From positions 4,179,595 to 4,243,594 of the forward strand of contig OZ316896.1 in assembly GCA_973895155.1 (NCBI GenBank): a stretch of DNA of 64,000 nt. Direction: 5' to 3'. A program made the position numbers and the translations under genes. Below the pieces are notes generated by a model. That model saw only the letters and a program-made list of their open reading frames with translations. It made no database searches and had not been told where the DNA came from. This document shows positions 22,184-34,400 of this stretch, piece after piece; position 1 is the stretch's first letter; each line of letters opens with the position of its first letter. The stretch is from Marsupella aquatica. Lineage: Eukaryota; Plantae; Marchantiophyta.

Positions 22184-22337
22184 GTACGGTACTCGGACGA
22201 AGTCGGTACTGTACACAGTACTGTACTGGGGAGAGAGTGGGGAGGGGCGTATATCTCACCTGCTGTGTACCGGTGCGTTTGTAGCGTACAACAGCTGGAA
22301 CTGCGGTCTGGTATTCTCTAATATCTTGGGAAGGTAC
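22184..22337. promoter_or_regulatory. Dense GTAC cluster upstream of the CHD gene (possible SBP/SPL-binding cores)
   Basis: Nine GTAC in 154 bp (22184, 22189, 22206, 22211, 22218, 22223, 22267, 22286, 22334). Function is inferred only. Confidence 0.3.
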
Positions 22338-22489
22338 CATTTGCTATTTGAATCCCCTTATGGTATGGTATCTAATGTTGTTCTATATGAGACCAGCCCA
22401 TTGCCCCTTTGTATGCACGATTATTTGTAAAGCCATTCCATTGTGGCAATGATAAACCAAATGAGTGATTATTTCCTTATTTTACAGAG

Positions 22490-23130
22490 TTTGGTGATTT
22501 TGCAAGTTTGGTGATTTCACAAGTTTTGTTATTTCACAACTTTACTTTGCATGATTATTTTCTTAATCATGCTTGGATTCTTCACGGCTGTGGATAGTTC
22601 TTGGAGATATGGTGAAGATGGATCTGAATTACTACCCAAACAGTCAGCTTTTGAGAAAATTACACTATGTTTAGGTTCTGACATTTTTCTTCAAGTTTCC
22701 TACGCATTTGATGATTTTGCACGTTGGGTGATTTTGTGAATTGTTGTGGCTCGTAACTTTGTTCATCTTGCTCGCCTGCTGGACTTCTTGACGGTTGTGG
22801 AAAGCTCTTGGCGAGGCGATGAAGATCAATCTAACTTGTGACCCAGACTATCAACTTTTGAGCCAGTTTCACCTTGTCTAGGTTTTGTTGTTGTTTTTTA
22901 ATTTCCTGTGCATTTGGTGCTTTTGCAAGTTATTCTGGGTCAAAACTTTCTTAATTCTGCTCGGATTCTAGATTTCTTGACAAGTTTGGAAATCTCTTGG
23001 CTAGGGGGTGAAGATCAATCCAAATTGCGGCTCAAACAGTCAACTTTTTAGAAAGTTATCTCATATTTAGGTTTTGATGTTTTTGTTGAAAATTATGATG
23101 CAAAATCACCAAACTTGCAAATCACCAAAT
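22490..23130. mobile_element. Degenerate non-autonomous element: three diverged ~200-bp units bracketed by an inverted repeat
   Basis: TTTGGTGATTTTGCAAGTTTGGTGATTT (~22490) pairs with CAAAATCACCAAACTTGCAAATCACCAAA (23101-23129). Units with TCTTGG...TGAAGAT..ATC...TCA.CTTTT.AG start at ~22572, ~22779 and ~22968. Confidence 0.6.
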
Positions 23131-25535
23131 TCACAATGCCCGTCTTCTCATTGTTGGTAGATTGTTTCCTTATTGCAGATTACCCTTTTTTACTTTCATG
23201 GAGTTTGAGAGACAACCTGCTCTCTTTTTTGATATTGTGCTTTCGTCAATGTATTTCAACGACACTACAGCGTGCTCAAGCTCGGGCCATCTATGGTCAA
23301 TCTCTCACAATGGGTGTCAATGTGCCTCCGCAAGGCTAACCCCCCTCAAGGATATTCCCATCCCACTTGCTGATTTAGTTTTGACACTTGATGTGGACCG
23401 TTAGCTTTTGCCACATTTGCTAGGTTTGTCGAGGACCTAGGTCCATTTGCTTTAGTTTGTTTCCTCTTCCTTAGTTTAGGGGCTTCTCTTTGCTCACTTA
23501 TTTTGTGTTTGGTTTTTGCCCTTTTTGTAAAAAGTTTGTATTTCAAATAAAGATGCCCCATAAATTCACTATTGTTGCTAAAGCCATTCCATTGTTGCAA
23601 TTTCATTGTTGTGGCCATGGCATTGTTGGTCAATGATGTTGTTGAAAAAAACAATTTAGGGGTTAATGTTAGTTGGGAAAACTGTTGAAAAGAGATTGTG
23701 TATTGTTCTCTTTCTATGAATGGGAGCAAGCATATGTCCAACTGTCTTTAAATATAATGTGGGGCCCTGTTAGATTTTATTTTCAGACCCACCTACCCAT
23801 GCTAGCCACATGTCAACTCAATACTCAATTTCAAAGGACCTTCAGATTGGACTTCTTTTTATGGATGTCAGCCTGTGAGTCTAGGTTTGTGGGTGCATCT
23901 ATGTCCAAGCTAGGATATCCCCTTTATTCTTCCTTTCATCAAAAGATCTGATGGCTGGGAAAATTTATGATTTAAATCCAATAGTCATAATGAGTTCCCT
24001 CCAAAAGTGCATTTTGTAAACGGACATTGAAGGGGAGGATTGGCTATTATAGGGTGTAGATTTACTCTGTTGTCTTTTTTCTGTCAAAACACTTTTTTAA
24101 ATCTTTTTTTAGTTTACATAGCCCAAATACTGTGTTTGTGCACATAAAGGGCTCCCATGCCCAGACTCCCCATACCCATCTCCAGTCACAAGTGTAGTCT
24201 ACATATTGTTAGCCAATATATTAGGGTTGATAGCTTCACTCATGAATTGTAACTTACTTTGATTGCAAATAATTATAGTTTTTCTATCATGGGTTAAGCA
24301 AACTAACTTAGGCTAGTTTACAATTATACAATGGTGGTCATCTTGCGGTCGCCTCAACTCTAAATTGGTTCATCCCACTACCACCCTTTACCTTGGGGTG
24401 AGTCTCTTGGCGTAATCCCATTCCAACCAGTCCCAATCCTAGTCACTTTTAGACAGAATGAGACCAAAATCTAAGCTAGAGGGTAGCAGGAGTGCACAAG
24501 TTAGGATCAAGGGAAGTTTCAGTAGTCATCAAAAATAAAATTTGCCGCCACTAGACTGTTTTCAGCTAACCCAGGTTAGCTTGCTAAATCCTACTTGAAA
24601 AAGAGGGGCAAAGTAGTCATGTATAAAGAGAGTGATAGAAAATATATGTATATATAGAGTTTTAGAGATGTAAATTTGGTTAGGAATTAGCATGAGTTGC
24701 TAGAAAAGTTTGAGCTCATTTAGGACAACCAGGAGACATCCGTCACCTGACTGTGCACTCAATTAACACCCGGGAGATCTGCAATATATGGTCAATTGAA
24801 GCATTGAGAGACAAAGTGAATAGATCACAGAGTAAGAGCACCATATCATGGTGCAACGCCTTTTCACACGGTAGGAAAATCAACATTAATCTGAATAGAA
24901 GCAGATTAATTCCAGCTTTAAAATGAATTTGCAATTGAAACAAAATCAACGCATGTTGGAAGGAAGATGAAGTTGACATTGAGCAAATTGTGAGAAACAA
25001 TTGGAGCTAACCTTCGACAAAAAACAAGTCTCAAAACAAGAAATTGGAGTCCAGATGGACAGTGAGTGGGTTATCAGAGATGTCAGGCAAAGGAAATCAG
25101 AGCGCAACTTATAAAGAAGTAGGTGACTGGCAATTTGGCCGGGACAATCCTCCTCCAGACAGAATGCGGGTCTACTAATATTTCAACCTAGAAAATGGTG
25201 ACAAATCAACTGAAAGAGCAAAATTGTTTGTGTTATCATTGTTTGCTTAAACCACACTTGCCCTATGAGAGCTAATCGTAGCTCTTATCATATATGCACA
25301 CGTTCAGTTTCACTAGGAAGCAGTCTGAGGCAGATATTGTCCAACATTTCATGATTTAAGGCAGGGCAGACAAAGGCCTGTTGACTTTCATTTGATTAAT
25401 TGGAGTGGAGTTTACTTTTAGCCCACTGTAACTAGTTTTACACCTTATTATTTGTATAGAATGTAAATCGCCTAGAAAATGGTTGTACAATGATTGATAT
25501 GTGGTTAGGGGATTAACCAGGTAAGATTTAATCTG

Positions 25536-25646
25536 ATTTCACTCAAATGAGGCCTAGAATCCCTTGAACTTAAGCACATCCCTCTATCCTATTTCACTCA
25601 AATGAGGCCAACAATCCCTTGAACTTAAGTGCATCCTTCTATCCTA
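25536..25646. repeat. 55-bp tandem duplication
   Basis: ATTTCACTCAAATGAGGCC...AATCCCTTGAACTTAAG..CATCC.TCTATCCT starts at 25536 and 25591. Confidence 0.85.
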
Positions 25647-27904
25647 CTAGACTTTGTGAGGGAGGTACTGTCAATTGTAGTAGTCTAAGTTGTGCAGTTT
25701 CTTTTGAGGTCAGTGTATTTACATTGGTACGTACATTTCATAATTTTTTACTGATCTTAATAACATCAGACCCCTTGAAAAATTGTGTCCAATATTAATT
25801 TCACTGCACTATGCCATTGTTTAGACATTGGATATTGACCATCTGGCATTATTCGGACACACCAATATTATTTTACTTGGAAAGTGCAAAGTTTATAAAA
25901 TCAGAATATTTATGTCCGATGCAATGATAATCACACTCCCCCTTTCTGCCTTATGTGGTTAATAGTAGGTCCAACTGTTGTCTGTTGTTTTGGGCATGAC
26001 ACTACCCGTAGGAAGTAGTATCTATAAATCCAAATGTTTGAGGAACAAAAGTCCGTAACGTCTTTCATGGGATAGTGCGTTGGTATTGTTATCGGAACTT
26101 GTGTCTCAGGGGTAGCGGGAATGTTTATGGGATGGGATGGTTTAAGTATCGGAAAAACAAGTGGCCAAAGCACTGAAATTACATTGGAATTAAAGCGTAT
26201 TCTAATTTCTACATGCGGGGCAATTAGGGTTTTTTGGGGGGATGGGTTTGGGGGGTAAGGGTTGTTCTTGGAGACATTTGTTTATTATTGTGGAGGACTT
26301 ATTGGGAGTTTATTTAATTTGAAAGACCATGTCTCATGAACTTAAAGCAAGGATGGACTCATACCCTGCCTATGAAGCCCCATGGACAAACCAAACTTGG
26401 ATGGACTTGACTCAAACACACATATATGCTTGGATACTATTTTTTACACTTGTGTCCAAAAATATCCTGTCAGATCAACTGTCCAAAGTACCATGTTAAA
26501 GCACCACCTCTATCCATTTTTGTCCAAAGGTACCATGTACCAGCCAGATCAACATTGATTGCAAGCCTGGTTGTACTCTCTTAATGTTCATGTCCCTCAA
26601 GCTAGTCACTTTAAAACATTTTTTTAGAGTTCAATAAAAAAATATAAAATCTGTTAGGTATGTTTAGGTAATTGTAGGCCTTATCTGGCCTTTATGGTAA
26701 ATAAAACTGTGTGTAGACTAAGCTCTTCACAATTTACTCATAGCCAAGCTCATAGCGCCCTCAAGTAGTTTGTTCAATGAGCAAAAGAAAAACTAACTCA
26801 ATTTTTTCCTCAAGAATATTTGTATGTTTATAATAGATAGCAAAACCCCCACAAAAGGGGAAAACAAGCAACACAATGACCCATGAACCAATACAACAAT
26901 TTCCACTAGAAAAACCGGGGGGGGGGGGATCTGGATAATTGCTCTTGGAACAGAATCCTATTTTCCATAGAGTGTCGCCCTTGTGTTAAAGAGGGGCTTG
27001 ACTTATTTTGCTACAGCAAAGCTACCTCAGATTTTAATGTAAGAGGGTATTGTTGAGAAATCATATTTTTCAGAGAGCGCTGCTCTTGTTACAGTAAGCG
27101 CTTTGAGTAGTTTGCCGTCATGGAGTTCTCAAAAATTTCAAATACAGTCCTAGATGTACACTTTTATTTGATTCCATGCATGTTTTAAGTTCACTTTCAG
27201 GTGCACAAAGACTCCTAACGTAATTGAAATGTAGGTAAACATCTAATGAGAACATTCATTACCTAGATTTTCTCTTCATTAGGTGTAAAATGCTCAGTTT
27301 ATGTGTCACAGTCCATGATGGGAGACAATCTTCCAGTCCATACGGGCTTTGGTTTCTATGTCATACAAATAACTAGCTAACAAATAATACATGGCCAAAA
27401 AGGGTACCTACTCAAACTCCAAAAATCTGAATAGATACCCCAATATGTACAAGTGTGATCCACTTGGATCAAATAAGAAGTAATCCCATGCCCCTTATAA
27501 TCTAAACTCCTTGATCTAACACACTGGGCCTCACTAGGCCTCTAGCCTGTGCAGGAGTTTGTGCCTATGTTGGTCAACTATCTAGCTACCACGTACCTCA
27601 AAATGGAGTGTGTCATCCCTTCCTCTTTTTGGCACAAGTGCGAGGAGGTGGGGGTGAAGTTCTAGCGGGTGTAGGAGTCTTGGTGAATGTGGTCTGGTAC
27701 ATGGTGGCTTTGTCCCTGCCATCTGTCCCAAAGTCCAGAGGAGCAGGAGTTGGTGGACTCATCCCACCACCACCACCATGGGAAGCCCCTGAGTTTCCGC
27801 TGCCTAGGCACGTATGACACGATGCTGCTCCACCACCCCCGGCCTACTGGTCCCATTGGCAAATAGAGATCGTGACTCGTGACCACCAGCACCACTCCCT
27901 CTTG

Positions 27905-28070
27905 ACTGGCCAGGGGCAGTATGACCACCCAAGTGCGGTCTGAGTGGTGTGACCATCCACCACTGCCACTGGCACTCATCCCAGACTAGCCAGGGGCAGT
28001 ATGACCACCCCCAATGCGCCTGAGTGGTGCGACCCTCCACCACTACCACCGGCACTCCCTCCAGACTGGG
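27905..28070. repeat. ~81-bp GC-rich tandem duplication in probable TE debris
   Basis: GCCAGGGGCAGTATGACCACCC...TGAGTGGTG.GACC.TCCACCACT.CCAC.GGCACTC...CCAGACT occurs twice. Confidence 0.8.
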
Positions 28071-31000
28071 CAAGTTCCGTCTTCCATTTCCACACCTAGT
28101 CACAGACCCCGATAGGCAAAATCTGACTACAGTCCTTGGGTATAGGAAGATCTAACTATCAATTTTTATTAAGAAAAACCAGTAAAAAATATCCTTAATA
28201 TCTTTCCCTTCACGTATGCCCACTTCAATAATTAACCCTGATAAGTGTAAACTGAAACCCCCCATTTCCACTGAGAAGCAATTGCGAACACTGACTGCCT
28301 TGTTTTGTTGAACTCTGGGAGGGCCTGTGCTGGGTCTGTGCCATTGTGGCCGGTGGGAATCTCGGAGAACCAAATTTTTAGGTGTTACAATTCACCAAGT
28401 TTTTTGTTTTCCATTTGTCAGTTTTACACTTAGTCACATACCTCATTAGCCAAATCTGATGTTAAATCTAGGAAGATCTAAGGATCAAAATTTATTTTAA
28501 GGAAGTTAGATAGGTGTATGTTTGATGGACCCCAAAGATGAAAATTGTTACTTGATGAGACCCTGATTGAACCAAACCATTGATAGACCCTAAATCAATG
28601 TATCCCTGATTGATTCAAACTATTGATAGACCCTAAGTTAATGTATCCAAAAATTCAGGGTCCTATCAAATAACACTGTTCATTTTGAGGGAACGTGAAG
28701 CTAATAAAAATGAACATGAAGCAAATACTGTAGAGTATTCTTGACAGCGTCCCCTTCACAAAAGGGACATTCGCTAGTGAAAAGAGAAAACCTTGGAAGT
28801 TATTAGCCTGACCTCGGATCTACTAACCGGGGGGCAAACAGTTGCGTCGTTTCCGGTTATCGTGACAATAATTATTACGAGGATCTCCGGGACTCCGGAG
28901 ATGCACGGTCTGGACACGGTGAGTGTACTATTGTAAGTTTCGGAACGAAATTGGGGTGCTATTAGGGTTCTCATAATCCCACACGAATGCCCTGCTCCTC
29001 TGATAGCGCTATGATCGTGCTATGCGAGTAGAGAAAGGGGAGGGGAGGGGAAGTGCCCTACGGACCGAAGGATGTTGACTCGTGTGCGGGATCCGACAAG
29101 AGAGGTTTGAGAGAACAGCGACGGTCGCAAGTCTTCAGTAGTCTTGCGTCGTGGAAAGTGGGCGAGAATGGCGTAGCGAATTTCCTCTTCTTGCGGCTCT
29201 CGCTCCTCCTCCGCTTCGAATAACTTGCGCCCCGCAATTCTGCGACGTCTTCTTTCTTCTTCCCTCTTCTTTGGATTGATCTTCGGTTTGCATGGCGCCG
29301 CGATGGTGGATTGAAAGACCGATGCTGCGGAGTTGACGTGTGCGGAGCTCAATGGGAGACGGTGTTCATCTGAAGATGGGTGACGATGGTGCGCAGTGAT
29401 AGATAGCTTGAATGAATTGTCGATTCTGCTTGGGATTCTTCTCCAGAGGGGTGTCTCCTTGCGTGACTGTGTGTCTGCGTGGATGGGTTCGTGTTCGTGT
29501 GCGTGTCGTCGCTCGTGGAGTTTTGCTGCAGTATTGGGTGGCTGCTGCGGGCGTTGGTGTGTAATGCTGCGAGGTTAGAAGCGAGTCCGTCTATCCGTCT
29601 AGGTGATTGATGTCTACGTGGGGAGGAGGAGCCCGCTGTTGAGTTACTTGGGGAAACGGTATGTCAGGTCTTTGTGGAGCCGGTTCTTGAATTGGTGTAA
29701 CTTTTGTAGTCTCTGTCGATTAGGTTTTCGGGTTCTGTCGTGCGTGCGAGGACGATAGATTATTGATCATCCCGTGCTGCTCCTCTCGCGGACGTGAGCT
29801 GACGGTCGCGGTGAAGCCCCGGCCGATACAGGGCGGTTTGAAGGCATGCGTCGTGTTGTGACGTTATCCAATGATCATGGGGTTTGCCCTGTTTTTATGG
29901 ACGATTCTCGCATTTATCTTCGTTTGGAACTCGGACCCGGTTTTTCTGATTGCGTGCGGTGTATGCTTGTCGAGTTAGTTCAGGTCCTGGGCTCGTGATG
30001 CGGATGGGAATTGATGCCTCCGTTGGGGATTTATTCCCTTGCTCATGCCGCTACCGCTCCGGTGGTCTGTGCTCGTGTTAGCTCTCTTCGGCTTGCCATT
30101 TCTAGTCTCCTCTGCTGTGATTGGTCACTCTCCGTGAAACGCTCCCCAGTATGAAAGCTTGTGGTGAAGGTCACGGACAAGCATATGCAGAGATTCAAGG
30201 CACACGAGGCTCGCACAGCTTCTTCCGATTGCTCTGATCCAGAAGCAGCGCGCTCTGTACAATCGGATGATCATGCTGCAGGTGAGAAATTCGCATCGGA
30301 GATGTAGTGTCCTCGGGCAATGGGTTGAGTGGTCTAACAAGGAATTTCAGATGGTCTGAAGCCGCGTGTCTAATTCTTGTAGCGAACCTAGCTACTGTCC
30401 GTTAAACTCTTCATTTCCTCAGGAATGAGTCAGCTATTTCCGTCCAGTGTTGCTGTAAAACTCCCTACGTGACATTGGACGAGTCTTAAATTCAGTTTGG
30501 TTATTTGCTCAACGAAGGTTGTAATTTACTTAACTCACTGCATTTGTGGGAGAAATCCTTTCTTCTACATGCCGTGAGCTTCCCGCATTCTCCTTCTCGT
30601 GCTGAACGGGTCACCGATAGAGTGGTGCCCGTCTATAAAGAAATTTCAAGAGAATTGCAGAACATCAGCCTCATCGATGGGACTGACCATCAACTGGGTT
30701 TGGACTCTAACTGGGCCCACTCAACTGTCTATAAAGGTCGCCATCACGGTCCAACTTGTAGACCTTGTCAACACGGTTGCTTATCAAAGCAAGTATCTCC
30801 TGCTCTCTGCAGCCTGCGCTTCGTCTGTTTTCGTTAGCCAGAAAGTGGGATTTACTTTCCCGGGGAGCCATAATTTTGGTTTTTGATGCCCCCAGACTGT
30901 CTTTAAGATTGTGGTCCTCGTTTTACAATCCCTAGTTCAAGGAAACCTCAATAGCAAGTGAGACGGTCTTTAACATTTCAACCGTGGATTTTTGTACAGA

Positions 31001-31488
31001 ACGGGAAGTGTAGGGAAACGCGAACCAGGTTTGGATTTCTAGGTTACTTGCGTACTGCCGATTAGATATTGGGCGTCACTTGTAGTCCTAGTCGGTTGGA
31101 GAGAGGAGTTGGCTGTTCTTGATGTTTAAGATGTTTCGTCGATCGGGGGACTTGTCGAGCCAAATGTACCCTAATTGTACTCTTCGCTTATAGGCAATGA
31201 TCTGACTTGTATGACCACAAAGCTCTCAGTTTCTGCCGTCACATGGGTCCTTGCAAGCCAGGGACTTGATCTTGGTTCCAAGTCCAATATTTTCATGTCT
31301 GTGCGCGCCCACGAAGAACCTAAGATTAGTTCTTCAGCTTTATTTTTGCGCAGGTCATATTGAAATTGTTTGGTGATCTTCTCACAGATGTTCCATTTGT
31401 TGGCGAATTGCAGTTGTGGACTGGATTTCTTCAGTGATCCGTAGAAGTAGATATTGGGAAGGTTCAGTTGATGAGCTCAGTACCCAGG

Positions 31489-34400
31489 ATGGCGACTGCA
31501 GCAATGGCTGGTGCGGCAGGGGCCGCAGTTGTGTTGTACTATACTGGATGGGGCTCAGCCATAGGTTTGTGGAATAAGGAAATGGACGGAGGAATGGAAG
31601 ACGACAAAGGAACAGATGTTGGGAAACCTAAGAATCTTAGCAGACGAAGAGTGGTGATACGGCCATCAAGGCCACCATCAACGTGGTTTGAAGCGTTGTC
31701 CACTTTATCAGAGACACTGAGATTCACTTATTCGGAAACTCTAGGAAAATGGCCCATTGGCGACCTGGCATTCGGTATCAACTTTCTTCTTAGGCGACAG
31801 GTAGTCTCTCCACCCATTCTGACTTGGTGATAATGCTGTTTGTATTCAGTTCTGTTGTCATCTAGGTACAATTTGCGGTACATGGCCAACGTAAGATACC
31901 CTGTCGAGAGTCGTAGACTGGTATGGGGAACTTTGTACGATCCTTTTGGTTGCCAAAGCTCTGATTGTTTGGTAGTAAGTAGTGATCTGAGGAGGATTAG
32001 GAGTGGGTTGTATCTCAACTCTGCATCTCTTGGAATCCCTACTTTCGTTTTTTTCTCCATTTCCCCTATCCGTCTCGCTGTTCTTTTGCACAGACTATGT
32101 GCCTTTGCAGTAAGGATTGAGATGATGTACCCGCATGTCTTCTTTGATCTTCTATCAAAGGAGACTCCAATATGTTACACCAGCAAGGAGAGCTGTGTAT
32201 TGATGGCTAGAATATTGGTTAAGGATGGAGATCTTTGCTTGGGTTAACCTTGTAAGGTTACCGAGCATCACATGGGTGGAGAAACTGCTCTATATGGGAT
32301 ATCAATGCTTGTAGAAAATTGGCTTGCATTTTTAAAACCGTACTATTGGTTCTGAGAGCCGGAGGACGTCCTACAGCCACTCCAGGGAGTTTCTGTGGTG
32401 TGTCTGTACGGAGGACTCTCTTCAACAAGTATTGGGTTGAAGTCTCAACCGAAGGATTACTGTACCCTGGTCGATTGAAGCGACTATGTCAGTGGGTCAC
32501 CTACTCAGAAGCGGGCCTGCCGATCCAGAAGGATATGCCTGAAGGTTACAAGCGGATTGGTACTTAGTGGTGAAGTCGCTGACTGTTTGAGGCCTGAGAT
32601 GTGGTTGCCCATGTTCTGGGCAAAGTTATTCTACTGGTCGCGAAAGTACAGAGCTCTGCCGTTGTTTGCGATGATATCTGTAGTAGTGCGAACATGGATC
32701 GCTGGATAGGAAAATGTCCAGTAACAGCTTTCTTTCATGAGATAGTGCTGTGGGGGCCTTCGAATTGGGCAAAGGTATCGTGGGTGGTTGAGGTCCCTAC
32801 GTTTCCAAATCACGCAATTTCGGGGGTGGGGGGGGGAGTACGCTGTGAAAGACCAGTGTAGATTTACGGGTGCTGCAGAAATGGACTTGTATCTTCTCTT
32901 TTTGAAAATGATAGGTGAGGAGGCCTCTCACAATAATTATAACAATGTAATGTAGTTCCAAAAGAGAACTGCAAATTTGCAACGGGCTGTTTTTATTTGA
33001 GCAACATGGAATGCAAGGTAATGGAATTCAATAACGAAAGAGCTAAGCTTCCAGAATGTCGTAGGAGGATGTCCGTGACTTTGGCGACAGGAGCTTTAAC
33101 TGCAGGGACAATACCTCCCTCAGGTTCGTGGTCTGTCTGTTAATCTTGGTACTAGATACGATTCCTGCGGGGTGAGATTCAGCAGTTGAAGTCAACCTCC
33201 TTAGGAAATGCTCCCTACATAACACTGGTAAATGCAGCTAATTAGATGATGAAATATTTCTTTGACGGAAATATCCGGGGAGGTTTGCCGTTAGTTCGGA
33301 CTTTTCAGTGGGGGACTACACCGATTCAGATATTGGAACTACGACGACGACATGTTCGGACGGTTGGAAGGCATACTGTAGTCCTTTTGGACATGCAGAT
33401 GGCAGATGGGACTGATCTCTAATAACTGGCGATGTGGTACTGGGAGCTTCCATCCGAGTAGATCGTTGTCTGATAGGATTAGTCGTTGAACCGGTTGAAA
33501 GAATTGCGGCCCAAAGCACTATTTATTTGCAGCGTGTCGTCAGATCCAGCTGGATGTGGAGGAAACATATGGGGTCCGTTGCAAGGAGTGGATTGTCGGG
33601 TTCGGATGTGAACGCATCCTGGAAGTCTGGCATTGATGTGGAAAGGCTATGAGGATGAATGGAAGACAATTGTTAAGCTGGACTGTGAGCTGGGGGTTCT
33701 TCACAAGGACTCGGAGATTGCGATGTTGAATATCTGAAGAAATTATGACTTTAAACGAAACTGGATTGAAACCGCACTCAAGCCTACTCAAACCTTTTCA
33801 AACCTCAGAATTCTGTGCCTCAATCCGCATCCAAGCCTACCGGGAAAGCTTGATTACAAGTCTCACATAATTTGGGTGGCCTGAAGTTTAACACTTCCAT
33901 TACTAAGGAATTTGAGGGGTATTAGATTCCAATGTCATTGTGGTATGAATGCGGTTGACGTTGAATGACTGTTCGTGATAGTTTGGAAATCTTTCGTAAA
34001 TGCCTCCCACACTATTCGTTTCCATTCTTTTACCTCCCAAGACTTGAGCATGTGGCTAGTATCGTTATTTCAGGGATCTATTTAATAACATTCTCAATGT
34101 GTCTGGTTTTGAAAAATGCAGTATTTGTGATGCCTTCATCATTGTTATAATTTTTGGTACTGTAAACAACCCCGAAACGATCTGTTGTTTATGAATTTAT
34201 GTGATTGACTGTGCAGGGACACTTTCATGTAGCTGGTGTATTTGCTGGGGAGGATTCTACGCAATTGACAGGGCCGGCAATAGCAACGGAGCTTAAAGAA
34301 CTATCTCGGCTTCTAATAATCTGCATGCACTTCTCAAAAAAAACTTATCCGTTGTTTTTGGAAATTACCGGGTTTACAATTGACCATGTCCTGATTCAGG

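Noticed and set aside
31801-34216. ORFs inside the 2.4-kb first coding intron of the lipase
   Set aside because: Short, mostly non-ATG starts and no recognisable motifs; no nested gene is supported.
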